A program made the position numbers and the translations under genes. 64,000 nt of DNA from an uncultured bacterium. GTDB taxonomy: Bacteria; CSSED10-310; CAZUFC01. Shown here piece by piece: positions 48,266 to 58,737 of this stretch (position 1 is the stretch's first letter; every line of letters starts with the position of its first letter). The DNA is taken from assembly GCA_964619725.1 (NCBI GenBank), contig CAZUFC010000001.1, positions 128,001-192,000 on the forward strand, written 5' to 3'. The notes beneath the pieces are model-generated. The model searched no databases and was not told where the DNA came from. It saw only the letters and a program-made list of their open reading frames with translations.

Positions 48266-48757
48266 ATGGGAACAAAAGGACGAGAAATTATCGGAATGGA
48301 CGTGAATGAGCTGCTGGAGCTGCTGAACAAGGCTTTTGCAGATGAATGGCTGGCTTATTATCAATACTGGCTGGGCGCCAAAGTTGTGGCTGGGCCTATG
48401 AAAGACGCCGTTATAACTGAATTGATGGAACATGCCGCCGATGAATTAAGGCATGCCGACATGTTGGCTGAAAGAATTCTGCAATTAGGCGGAACCCCTC
48501 TGCTCGAACCGAAAAACTGGTACGACATGACCAACTGCGGATATGAATCTCCCTCAGACCCTCACGTCAAAAAGATACTCAACCAGAACATCAAAGGCGA
48601 ACAATGCGCTATAACGGTATACGATAAACTTCAGAAACTCACCAGAGATGCAGACCCCGTGACTTTCAACATGGCCGTTCAGATACTGCAGGATGAAGTC
48701 GAACATGAAGAAGACCTTCAGGCGCTTTTCGAAGACCTGGCTATTATGATTAAGTAG
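48266..48757 (+). CDS. DPS-like ferritin (DpsL/thioferritin type)
   Basis: ADEWLAYYQYW, DELRH, DEVEHE; Cys pair TNCGY / GEQCA. Confidence 0.88.
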   Translation: MGTKGREIIGMDVNELLELLNKAFADEWLAYYQYWLGAKVVAGPMKDAVITELMEHAADELRHADMLAERILQLGGTPLLEPKNWYDMTNCGYESPSDPHVKKILNQNIKGEQCAITVYDKLQKLTRDADPVTFNMAVQILQDEVEHEEDLQALFEDLAIMIK

Positions 48758-48914
48758 CGTCTGTTCATAAACTCGAAGCTCGATTAAAAATTTAATGTTG
48801 GACAGTCGCTGAGTAGAATATCTGAAATTTAACCTCTTACCGGTCTTCGTCACCGACTCGTTCGGTTTAAGAATAAGGGGCAGATCAAATTCGAGGCGTC
48901 AGCGTTTTGTCGGT

Positions 48915-49835
48915 TCAACCTCCGGTCTTTTCCTTTTCCGCAAAATAAACCGAAAGCCCGATGATCCTGGCTGATACCGTCCACGTATAATAAACTGCAA
49001 GGAAGGTCATCAGTCTGTTTAAAAAGAAATGGCCGGGGAATTTTTGAATGAACTCTGACAGAAACCACATTTGAAGACTAATCATTATTACTGTGAAAGC
49101 TGCAGTTTTCAAGTAGTAAACTCCCATGGAACGGATGAAGAGATACAATTTAACAGGGTTGATCATATCCGTAAAATTGGGTGAGAGCGCTGCTAAGGTG
49201 AAGGCGGCGGGTATGATGCCCACGCCGAAGATGATGAGGAAAACAGCAGGAACTAGCAGTGCCGTCGAAATCTCAAGGGTGGGATCGGGACTCCAGAAAG
49301 TCAAATAAATGCCGGCGGGCAGCAGACAGATGAAAACGGAAACGAGGCCTCTGATAAAAGGAGAAAGAACCTGATCGAATAATTCGTGGGCGCTGATGAT
49401 GGGCAAAGCTTTTTTTCCGGTTGATGATGAACGTATGACGAGAATAGTCTGACTGAATATTAAAGCGGAGGCGATATGTTCTCCTACGAGGAAAATAAAG
49501 GAAGAAATAAAGGTTGCCAGGACAAGGAAAAGAAAATAGAGGGCGTATATTCCCTGAAAAGTATAAAAAAATGCCTTGATGAATTGCGAATTAAAATTAC
49601 CGCTGACTTTTTGGCGTTCCGCTGGCTTGTGAACGAACGCTTTTGGACTCAGGTCAAGGAAAAAATCATCCTCTACCGGCTCATTTTTCCGTTGAGCGGA
49701 TTTTGTTATGTTTTCTGCCTGTTCTTTTTTTGAGTCGGCATTTTCGCTCTTTGAATATTTGGCGAAAACTATGCCGCATTTTATGCAATCGATTCGTTTT
49801 TCATTCTGGGCGAAACCGCATCGAGGGCATTTCAT
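48915..49835 (-). CDS. Zn-ribbon membrane protein
   Basis: MKCPRCG...CIKCG followed by about 6 TM helices. Confidence 0.7.
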   Translation of the reverse strand: MKCPRCGFAQNEKRIDCIKCGIVFAKYSKSENADSKKEQAENITKSAQRKNEPVEDDFFLDLSPKAFVHKPAERQKVSGNFNSQFIKAFFYTFQGIYALYFLFLVLATFISSFIFLVGEHIASALIFSQTILVIRSSSTGKKALPIISAHELFDQVLSPFIRGLVSVFICLLPAGIYLTFWSPDPTLEISTALLVPAVFLIIFGVGIIPAAFTLAALSPNFTDMINPVKLYLFIRSMGVYYLKTAAFTVIMISLQMWFLSEFIQKFPGHFFLNRLMTFLAVYYTWTVSARIIGLSVYFAEKEKTGG

Positions 49836-50029
49836 GGAAAAATCTCCTTATACTGAATTTTTAACAGCAAAGCTCCACAGATGTAAAGCAAAGGCAACGA
49901 CGAGAGACCAGGCAACTGCGAAAAACATTATACTTTGTATTCCAGACAATTAAATTATTGCATCTCGGAAGAATTTTCGTTATAGAATAAAAAGGTTTTA
50001 ACCGCCACTTTAATTTGAAAGGATAGGGT

Positions 50030-53000
50030 ATGAAAACCAAAAGGCTGAAGGGAATTACCGCTCTCTTTTTGATATTTTCAGCCTGCATTTGCGCGGCTGA
50101 TCAAAATGAATTATGGTCACAGGACAATTTTGTTTCTGATGCCTGGTACTTTGATAAGTATTTTAACCGGACGGAACGCTTTAAGGTAGAAGGAACAGAA
50201 ATAATCGTCAAACTGGACGAATATGATGTCGCGAAATCAACGCTGCTGGCTTCGGTTTATGATATTGAGGAACTCCATGCATTGGACGAAGAATATTATT
50301 TCGTTCATTACCGGATTCCGTTAAAAAAGGACATATGGGCTGTTTTAAAGCGTATTAATGCAGAAAAGGATGTTGCTTCTGCCTTTCCCGTTTTAATTGA
50401 CATGAGAGGAGCGAAGAAACCGGTTGTGGGAAATGAAATGACCGTGCGTTTTATTTCAGGACTGACGGAATCGGCATGTGAGGCGATAATTGAGGAGATG
50501 GGCAGTCGTGTGGTTCAGGACCATTGGACTCCGGGTTATTATACGATAACGGTTCCTGCCGGGATGACTTTATTTGAAGGAATACGGGCTTACAATGCCC
50601 GTTCGGACGTTAAATTCGCAGAATTTTTTCTGATAGGTTATGACGACGCATTATTCATTCCGAATGATCCTGACTTTGATGATCAACAGAATTTATTGAA
50701 TACGGGCCAGGTGCCGTCGTGCGACGATTGTCCCCCGTTCGGAGATCATGACATAGACGCAGTTACGGCCTGGGACATAACCCGGGGCGATCCCGACATC
50801 ATAGTGACTATTATCGATTCGGGATGTGATTTGGATCATCCCGATCTCGTGGATAATTATCTGGACCGTGACGGAGAGGATTGGAATTTTGCGAGCACGA
50901 GCAGCGACGTCCCTGAAGACACCTACGGCCACGGCACGTCCTGTGCCGGCATAGCGGCAGCAGTGAGCGACAATGCAGAGGGAGTGGCGGGAATAGCGAA
51001 TCACTGCCGCATTATGCCTTTGAAAATTGACCTTTCTTCAGGCGCCAATCAGAACAGAGCGGATGCGATTAATTACGCAGCCAGTCGTATAGGAGATTTC
51101 GACGGTATCGTTATGAGCAACAGTTGGCGAATGAGTTCAGGTTCTTATACGGCGGTGTATGCAGCGATTGAAAGCGCCAAGGCTGCGGGTTGCGTGGTCT
51201 GCTTTGCAGCGGGAAATGAGAATCAATCCCCGGTGGAAGCGCCATCGGACAGCGAACATTGCATCTGTGTGGGAGCGTTAAGTCCTTGCGATGAAAGAAA
51301 AAGTTACAGCAGTTGCGACGGTGAATCCTGGGGATCAAGCTACGGGAACGCCCTGGATGTCGCAGCGCCCGGCGTGTTGATTCATACGACGGAAATAGGA
51401 GGCGGATACACTGGAACGTTCAATGGAACATCCAGCGCCTGCCCGCATGTGGCTGGAGTTTGTGCGTTAATATTGTCGATAGCTCCTAATTTGACGCCTG
51501 ATGAACTTCAGGAGGCGCTGCAGGATGGATGCGACGATATTGATCCTCCAGGTTGGGATACGGAAACAGGTTACGGGCGGGTAAACGCATATAATTCACT
51601 CAATCTGGTTTCAGGCGTTTTCATGAATAAAAAAGCCTACCAATGCGAAGACACCGTCTATGTTTCAGTCAGAGACTCAGAGCAGTCCGTCAGTATTGAA
51701 GTCGAAGTCACCAGCAATACGGAAACTTTAGGTGAAACATTGACTCTACTCGAGATTCCGGGAGATGCCGGTTTATTTGAAGGCTCAATCGTATGCTCGG
51801 AAATACCTCCCTCTTCAGGAGACGATATTATTTCAGTCGTTCATGGCGATGAAATTACAGTTTATTACCCCGCACTAGACAAATCAGCATCATCCGCCGT
51901 TGATTGCTCTGCTCCGGACATATCCGAAGCGACGCTCGATAATATCGGCGATATCTTCGTTGAAATTTCGTGGGCAACCGATGAACCGGCTACGACAAAA
52001 ATCGTTTACGGTATAGGAACGCCCGATCAGTTTTATGAAGATTATGAATTGACTGATGCACATGAAGTGAGAATCGACGGCTTAACCGACTGCGAAAATT
52101 ATGTTTTTTACGTAGAATCTTCTGACGCCGCCGGCAATACGGCCATCGACGACAACGGAGGAACATATTACTCCTTTACGACTCAAGATCGCGTCATTTT
52201 GCTCGAAGCCGATATGGATACCGATCCCGGCTGGTCGACCGACGGACTCTGGGAATGGGGTCAGCCTGCGGGACAGGGCGGAGACCACGGAGGACCGGAC
52301 CCGAGTTCGGGTCATACGGGAAATAATGTTTATGGGTATAATCTGAACGGCGATTACACAAACTATATGGGCGAAACGGACCTGACTACGCCGGCTTTCG
52401 ATTGCAGCAATGCCGATAATGTTAAATTGAGTTTCTATCGGTGGCTCGGAGTGGAACGAAGCTATTACGATCATGCTTACCTGAGAATATCCACGAACGG
52501 TTCCTCCTGGACGACTGTCTGGCAGAATCCCGACGCAGAAACTTATGACGGGCAATGGGTCCTTTACGAATACGACATAAGTCAATTTGCCGACGGAGAA
52601 CCTGCCGTTTACCTGAAATGGGTTATGGGAACAACGGATTCAGCCTGGGTTTATTGCGGCTGGAACATCGACGACGTGGTCGTCTCTTACACCATCCCAT
52701 GCCAGACTTCACCTACGCCCACTGCTCCACCCACCTTTACTCCGACTCTCACTCCTACGGCTACACCTACCAGAACACCCACCTATTCGCCCACTCCCAC
52801 ACTTTCGCCGACGCTTTCACCTACCGCCACATTAACCCCCACCACCACCACCACCGTTACCCTCTCTCCAACCTGCTCGCCGTCTTTAACGCCGACCGAT
52901 CCGCCTTCCTATACTCCCACAGTAATCATCACTGCGACGCCATCTATAACTCCAACTTTAATTGAATTCACGCCTTCCGTTACACCTACTCATCCTCTGG

Positions 53001-53356
53001 AAGTCGGGGTGGAATTGATCATCAGCGATGAAATGTTTCATCCGGGAATGCTTTTCGAGCTTAAAGCTTTTATAGAAAATCCAGGTCCAGAAACATACGA
53101 AGAACAACCTTTCGTCATTCTTCTCGATGTACTGGGCATGTACTTCTATTACCCGTTCTGGGATACAACCTTCTCCTTCGAACCCCTTAATCTGGGCGTC
53201 GAAACAATAGAGAAAAATATACTGACGTTTACCTGGCCGGAAACGGGCGAAGCAGCGCTCGACGGCATAGTCTTCTACGGCGCACTGCTTACCAGTGACT
53301 TTAACGATATCCTGGGAAGATTCGATGCTGAAGAATTTGGCTATGGACCCGAATGA
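50030..53356 (+). CDS. Secreted S8 subtilase with FN3-like and jelly-roll domains, Pro/Thr linker and shared C-terminal domain
   Basis: Signal peptide; triad IIDSG / GHGTSCAG / GTSSACPH; AAGN; ~95-aa PT linker. Confidence 0.93.
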   Translation: MKTKRLKGITALFLIFSACICAADQNELWSQDNFVSDAWYFDKYFNRTERFKVEGTEIIVKLDEYDVAKSTLLASVYDIEELHALDEEYYFVHYRIPLKKDIWAVLKRINAEKDVASAFPVLIDMRGAKKPVVGNEMTVRFISGLTESACEAIIEEMGSRVVQDHWTPGYYTITVPAGMTLFEGIRAYNARSDVKFAEFFLIGYDDALFIPNDPDFDDQQNLLNTGQVPSCDDCPPFGDHDIDAVTAWDITRGDPDIIVTIIDSGCDLDHPDLVDNYLDRDGEDWNFASTSSDVPEDTYGHGTSCAGIAAAVSDNAEGVAGIANHCRIMPLKIDLSSGANQNRADAINYAASRIGDFDGIVMSNSWRMSSGSYTAVYAAIESAKAAGCVVCFAAGNENQSPVEAPSDSEHCICVGALSPCDERKSYSSCDGESWGSSYGNALDVAAPGVLIHTTEIGGGYTGTFNGTSSACPHVAGVCALILSIAPNLTPDELQEALQDGCDDIDPPGWDTETGYGRVNAYNSLNLVSGVFMNKKAYQCEDTVYVSVRDSEQSVSIEVEVTSNTETLGETLTLLEIPGDAGLFEGSIVCSEIPPSSGDDIISVVHGDEITVYYPALDKSASSAVDCSAPDISEATLDNIGDIFVEISWATDEPATTKIVYGIGTPDQFYEDYELTDAHEVRIDGLTDCENYVFYVESSDAAGNTAIDDNGGTYYSFTTQDRVILLEADMDTDPGWSTDGLWEWGQPAGQGGDHGGPDPSSGHTGNNVYGYNLNGDYTNYMGETDLTTPAFDCSNADNVKLSFYRWLGVERSYYDHAYLRISTNGSSWTTVWQNPDAETYDGQWVLYEYDISQFADGEPAVYLKWVMGTTDSAWVYCGWNIDDVVVSYTIPCQTSPTPTAPPTFTPTLTPTATPTRTPTYSPTPTLSPTLSPTATLTPTTTTTVTLSPTCSPSLTPTDPPSYTPTVIITATPSITPTLIEFTPSVTPTHPLEVGVELIISDEMFHPGMLFELKAFIENPGPETYEEQPFVILLDVLGMYFYYPFWDTTFSFEPLNLGVETIEKNILTFTWPETGEAALDGIVFYGALLTSDFNDILGRFDAEEFGYGPE

Positions 53357-53484
53357 TGAGGATTCTTTACCGGCCTTCTTGAAAACCGTTTTTCGATTCA
53401 TTGCCGTGAGCGCTTTCATAAACCTGATTTAGAAAATTAGTCTCACCTAAATTCGATTCATGCAAAAGTGTCGTTTTTGAAAGT

Positions 53485-53521
53485 AAAAAAAAACCGGAAC
53501 GCTCGCAAAAGCGCTCCGGTT
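53485..53521 (-). terminator. Rho-independent terminator downstream of the sigma factor unit
   Basis: Minus strand AACCGGAGCGCT-TTTGCG-AGCGTTCCGGTT followed by a T-run. Confidence 0.8.
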
Positions 53522-53735
53522 GCTGACGTGAACCCGATTAGAGTTCCACGTTCCTCCTTGATCCGATCATATTTATTCCTCCTTTCCAGGGGCTGCTCTT
53601 CCGCCGCCGCAATACCACCGAATCTTTCTCCGGCCCCCGATCGGAAAAATAGTATTCCTAGGCTCTCCTTCGCGGCGACCGTCATCAAATATACGACTCC
53701 TTAATAATTCCTCCTTGATTGAAAACTATATCGGT

Positions 53736-54239
53736 TCATTTCCTTTCATTACTTCCCAACCTGAAAATTTTTCTCATCTGTTTAACGTGATACGTTACAT
53801 TTGCCGCTGAAATTCCAAGTATCCCGCCGATTTCCCGGCGTGTATATTCCTTCTGCAATAAAATGAGTATCTCTCTTTTTTTTTCGTTCAAACGTTTGAA
53901 AAAAATAAACAGAGGCATTGTAGACGATCCGCTTGTTTCCCTCTCCGGAACATTTTCCATGAATACCAGATCATTCCGGCTCCGCCTTCTTATATAATCC
54001 AGCATCCGCCATCGCGCCTTCTTTAATAAATAAAATTGAGGTTTCCCTATCTTCACGTCTACTTCCCTTAATGCTTCAAATACTCCAACCCATCCCTCCT
54101 GCTCCAAATCGTTCCTGTCAGCTCCCGTCCTCATCGACAACGATACCGCATAATGCCTTACGGACCTCCGTAGCCGCTCTACTAGAACCCGTCGCGCTCC
54201 AGAATCGCCGCAAGCAGCCGCTTCAATAAATTGATGCAT
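53736..54239 (-). CDS. Sigma-70 family (ECF/SigH-like) sigma factor
   Basis: Region 2 DLEQEGWVG...MLDYIRR; region 4 HTH TRREIGGILGISAANV. Confidence 0.85.
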   Translation of the reverse strand: MHQFIEAAACGDSGARRVLVERLRRSVRHYAVSLSMRTGADRNDLEQEGWVGVFEALREVDVKIGKPQFYLLKKARWRMLDYIRRRSRNDLVFMENVPERETSGSSTMPLFIFFKRLNEKKREILILLQKEYTRREIGGILGISAANVTYHVKQMRKIFRLGSNERK

Positions 54240-54758
54240 CGATCCCTTCCTCAAAATTCAGTCTAGTTTCTTCCCTCTCGAAAAGCTCCGGTTTCTCCGG
54301 GATCAATCATCCACTATTAAGCTAGCCCTGATTGACGACGACTCCCCAAGAGGAATGCATTAATGCAGAGTAACTATCATTTATCATCGTATTCCTCCTT
54401 TCTGATAAATTTGACTCATCACAGTCTCATAATATATATCGCACAAAAACCACGTTTTGTTAAAATTTTATTTTCGATGATGTACTGATAATTCAAATGT
54501 GATTATGAAACCTTTATTTGCAATTCCTTGAAAGCACAATTCAAATATTTTGAATTCGAAGAACAAGTAGCCGGAAGCCGATTTTTCAGCGGGAACAACT
54601 TTTAATTTATTGTTAAATAAACTTTTTAAAATTTTCTTTTTCGGGTGGGACAATTTAGGCTAATTGCTGAATTCAAATTTTTTGAAAAAAATTCAAAAAA
54701 TTTGACCCCTTCTTAATGTTCGAAAAACTTAACTTATTGTCGATAAACTTAATTTTTT

Positions 54759-54776
54759 TTGGCACGAAAAATGCTT
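54759..54776 (+). promoter_or_regulatory. Near-consensus sigma-54 promoter with no convincing downstream gene
   Basis: TTGGCACGAAAAATGCTT: GG-N10-GC. Confidence 0.6.
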
Positions 54777-55389
54777 AATGAATATCGTCAGCTTCGGACC
54801 GAAAGCAGACATTCTTATAAGCTCGGCGGAAGGCAGGGGGCGTGCTTCAAAAAAGCAGCCAGGCTGCGGAACCGAAGTATGCCCGCGGTGGAGGAAAGAA
54901 AAGGCTGAAAGCCGGGCGGGGGAGGGCCCAATAAAAGGGGGACGGTGCGTTTTACACCTCCAATGCTTAACAGGCAATGATTTGCGATCACAAAAAACGG
55001 AACCGGACGTTGCCGCCAGAATAATGTTTGAATAAAGGTATGGCGGGAAAGTCCTGGAATTATTCAGCGGTTGTCCTCTATTTCGGCTTATTTGCGGAAG
55101 AGTCTGCTTGCGACAGATGGTCAGAAAAGGCACGGCAGTATGAAGAGTCAGAAAAAAGTAAATCTATCGAACGGGTTCCAGCAGCGCCGAATTTGCATCA
55201 TAAAAATAACTGATTTCAGGCGACATCACTCAATCTTTGCTTAAAAGTCCCGGATCACGATAAGAAGCGAATGATCAGGGCGTCGTCCTGCAAGAATGTT
55301 CTACCCGGTCCTTCAATAAAAATAATTTGGAGACGCTCCAATATTCCACCGACCCGTTCATCCGCTCTTCTGCACATCCAAGCTTCCAG

Positions 55390-57015
55390 TCAGCGACTGT
55401 CCACAAACTTATTTTTTAGGGTTGATGAGAGTCCGATCACATTGCCTGGATTCAATAAAAAATCGGGATCGAACTCTTTTTTTACGGCGCTGATTTCCTT
55501 AAGCGCTTTTTTTCCGTACATCAATTGCAGATAAGGAACGCTGTTTCCGTTTATGACAATCGTTTTTTTTCCGACCCCGTGTTCTCCTGATATGGAGCCT
55601 TTAAATGCAACGGCTTTCTGCGCCAGCTTCACATACAATTTATCGACGAAATCTCGTTCCTTCTGCGACTCAGTAATAAAGTTGCAGTGAAGGTGGTAAT
55701 CGCCGATATGGCCGAATATCAGGTAATGAAAGCCTTGTCTGGGAAAGTTTCTTTTGAATTCTTCCCCGGCCTTTTTATAAGCGGCGAACATTTCCGGGAA
55801 TTTTTCCGGCGGCACGACGAAATCGGTTCCCAGTTTTTTGCTGTTCTTCTTTCTGATCATGCTGTTTATTTCATCCGGAAGGGTATGCCGAAATTCCTTT
55901 AATTCGCGGAATTGTTGCTGATTTTGAGCATACCAGTCCGCTGCCGAACCGTTTTTTTGCGCCGTTTCCATAAGCCATTCCAATTTTTCATCGTCCGTAT
56001 AGATCATTTCGATAAAAACTCCGGCTTTCCAAACCGGATCAATCAGAGAGTATTTCTGCTGCAAAAGCGAGAGAGCATTTTCATCAAAAAACTCGATTGC
56101 TGATATTCCTTTGTTTTTTGCCGATCTCATTTTATCAATGAAATCCAGGGATTTTGATTCTTCGTCAAAAAAATTTACTCCCTGTAAAACATTCTTAGGC
56201 GTATCGGCCAGTACAAGGGTTAATTCGGCCGTTACGCCGAATATTCCTTCGCTGCCGATAAACAGGTCTATCAGGTCCATATTCGGTCTGACGTAAAGAC
56301 CGGCCGCGTTTTTGATTTTTGGAGAATCGTATGAAGGCAGAGTGAATGAGTATTTTTTTCCCGAATCCGATGCCAATGAAAAGCGGCGTTCGTTATCTGC
56401 GAATATTTTACCTCTTTCCAGGGAAAGCAATTCCCCGTCAGGTAAAACAACGGTCATGGACTGAATCCATTCTCTTGTCGGTCCGTAGTAGAAACTGTGA
56501 GCCCCTGAAGCGTTAGTTGCAGCGGTTCCTCCTGCGGATGCGCTCCATTCTGTAGGGTCCGGAGGATAAAAAAATTCAGCCGGCAAAAGACGGCTTATGT
56601 TGTCCAGAGAAACGCCTGGAGCGACCGTGAGCGTTTTTCTGCACTGATTCAACTGCGCCTTTAAAACGCCTTCCGATGTTTTTTCTTCAATAAGTTCCGC
56701 ATTTTTATCATTTTCAATTGAAAGCATTTTTTCCATCGCCAGGACTATACCTCCGAATAACGGAGTTCTCGCTCCCGTTATCCCGGTTCCGGCGCCTGAA
56801 ATCGTGCAAAAAACTCGATCTCGACGGCAATCCTTTATAACGGATACAATATCGTCTATCGATTCAGGGAAATATATTCCTTGAACATCCGTTTCATCAG
56901 CCCGGAAAATATTGCTTTCATCTGATGTATAATTCCTAATCACATTTCGATTTTTGATCATTTTCGGCAGCACAGGATTAATCCTCAGCAACGTTTGAAA
57001 GAAAACGTTCAGCAT
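55390..57015 (-). CDS. FAD-linked oxidoreductase (GlcD/D-lactate dehydrogenase family); start uncertain (57015 or 56961)
   Basis: GAGTGITG, YPPDP, ATNASG, GSEG.FG, GHIGD.HLH, SGEHGVG, LNPG. Confidence 0.9.
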   Translation of the reverse strand: MLNVFFQTLLRINPVLPKMIKNRNVIRNYTSDESNIFRADETDVQGIYFPESIDDIVSVIKDCRRDRVFCTISGAGTGITGARTPLFGGIVLAMEKMLSIENDKNAELIEEKTSEGVLKAQLNQCRKTLTVAPGVSLDNISRLLPAEFFYPPDPTEWSASAGGTAATNASGAHSFYYGPTREWIQSMTVVLPDGELLSLERGKIFADNERRFSLASDSGKKYSFTLPSYDSPKIKNAAGLYVRPNMDLIDLFIGSEGIFGVTAELTLVLADTPKNVLQGVNFFDEESKSLDFIDKMRSAKNKGISAIEFFDENALSLLQQKYSLIDPVWKAGVFIEMIYTDDEKLEWLMETAQKNGSAADWYAQNQQQFRELKEFRHTLPDEINSMIRKKNSKKLGTDFVVPPEKFPEMFAAYKKAGEEFKRNFPRQGFHYLIFGHIGDYHLHCNFITESQKERDFVDKLYVKLAQKAVAFKGSISGEHGVGKKTIVINGNSVPYLQLMYGKKALKEISAVKKEFDPDFLLNPGNVIGLSSTLKNKFVDSR

Positions 57016-57373
57016 CGGTTTGAATACACTTTCTCCCCTGTCGCAAACGCCCCCCTTCCCTTGCAGTATCAATTTAAACCAGAAAACCCGCATTTATCAA
57101 ATTTCTTCTTATCGCTCAAACGAATTGATGCTGATCATCCCTTTCATGGCCAGTTTTTGTCGTTAAACCGCAGCGCCTGTCCAGCATAAAATTTTGAATT
57201 GAGATTCGAGTTTGTGGACAGGCGCCGGCTAGAATAGAGTGAAAACAGGACATCAGAATCAGATTAGATTTTCGCATCAATTATTTTTGGAAGCCGTCAT
57301 TCTTCTGAAGTGTTTGAATTTCGGGAGCTTTATCTCTTATAATCATGGATGTTAAATCGGAAAGGTCGGATCA

Positions 57374-58594
57374 ATGCCGGGGAAAAAATCGAAAGAAATC
57401 AGCATTAACGGATACGTCGAACCCGGATTTGAATCGGTTAAGGCGGAGTTCATAAGGAATTTCACTCATCGTGGAGAATGCGGAGCGGCCTGCGCTGCTT
57501 ATCATCAGGGTAGAAAAGTAATTGATTTATGGGGCGGATACCGGGATGCTGAGAAGCAGTCATTATGGCATAAAAACACAATGGTTGCCGTTTTTTCTAC
57601 AACAAAGGGCTTTTCTTCTCTTGCTGCAGCCCTGGCGCATTCACGCGGACTTCTGGATTATGATGAAAAGGTTTCGACTTACTGGCCCGAATTCGGTCAA
57701 AACGGTAAACAGGAAATCACCGTCAAACAATTAACGTCTCATCAGGCCGGACTCAGCGCACTCGACAAACCCCTGGACCTGGAAACACTTTCTGATTTGG
57801 ATAAACTGGCTGATATCCTGGCAAGGCAGAAACCTTCCTGGAAACCGGGAACAAAAACGGGCTACCATTGCTGGAGTATTGGATTTTACTTGAACGAACT
57901 CATTAGAAGAGTCGATCCCAAACACAGAAGCATCGGCCGGTTTTTTCTGGAAGAAATCGCCGAGCCCTTAGATGCGGAATTTTATATCGGCTTGCCTTAT
58001 ACCATCCCTGATTCAAGGATTGCCATAATCAAAGGTATAAGCAATCCTTTTCAGTTGCTGTTTCATCTGGGTGAAATTCCCTTCTCATTCGTCATGCGGT
58101 TTCTTAATCCCCGATCCCTGACTGTCCGCAGCATGAACAATCCCAGGATATTGTTTAATCACAAGAACATAAACAGGCGAGACGTTTTAGCGGTAGAAGT
58201 TCCCTCGGGGAACGGCATAGGCGTCGTTCGGGACATGGCGAAAATATATAATGAATTTTTGAACAGCGGCAAGAGGCTTATCATCAGAAGGGAAACATTA
58301 AAGGCGTTGCAAGCGCCGCCCGATCCATCAGCCGACGGCGCATTCGATGTAGTCCTGAGAACTAAATCATCTTTTTCTCTCGGTTTCACAAAGCCTTCCG
58401 TAAAATCCGGCATTCTTTTCGGAAGCAGCGGGAAAAGCTTCGGTTCTTATGGCGCAGGCGGTTCTTTCGCCTATGCTGATCCTGATGCCGAAACAGCATA
58501 CGCTTATGCCATGAATAAATTAGGTTTCTGCATGCGCGATGATCCTCGTGAAAAATACGTCAGAGAAGCTTTTTACCGTTCTCTGCACCTCTGA
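57374..58594 (+). CDS. Beta-lactamase-fold serine hydrolase (EstB-like esterase)
   Basis: DLWGG, FSTTK (SxxK), SHQAGL, W.PG...GYH, G.GGS..ADP. Confidence 0.9.
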   Translation: MPGKKSKEISINGYVEPGFESVKAEFIRNFTHRGECGAACAAYHQGRKVIDLWGGYRDAEKQSLWHKNTMVAVFSTTKGFSSLAAALAHSRGLLDYDEKVSTYWPEFGQNGKQEITVKQLTSHQAGLSALDKPLDLETLSDLDKLADILARQKPSWKPGTKTGYHCWSIGFYLNELIRRVDPKHRSIGRFFLEEIAEPLDAEFYIGLPYTIPDSRIAIIKGISNPFQLLFHLGEIPFSFVMRFLNPRSLTVRSMNNPRILFNHKNINRRDVLAVEVPSGNGIGVVRDMAKIYNEFLNSGKRLIIRRETLKALQAPPDPSADGAFDVVLRTKSSFSLGFTKPSVKSGILFGSSGKSFGSYGAGGSFAYADPDAETAYAYAMNKLGFCMRDDPREKYVREAFYRSLHL

Positions 58595-58737
58595 TCCGAA
58601 AAAAAAAATTTCCTTGAAATTTGCTTTCTTATACGAATGATGCTAATAAGTATTACCCTTGCGGGTCGGCTGAAAATAAAAAAATATTCCTTTATCATCA
58701 CAGAAATTAGTGTAATTTAAATCGGAGGAGGAAAATC

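Noticed and set aside
52705-52995. CRISPR array or DNA tandem repeat (also 19309-19437 and 63820-64000)
   Set aside because: These are degenerate Pro/Thr codons within ORFs, with no fixed repeat-spacer pattern.
55036-55143. Frame reading GKVLELFSGC...ICGRVC, like a C5-methyltransferase motif I or an Fe-S motif
   Set aside because: Only about 35 codons between stops, with no convincing start or RBS and no further motifs; probably chance.
57374-58594. Beta-lactam resistance gene
   Set aside because: No signal peptide, and the motifs fit cytoplasmic EstB-like esterases.
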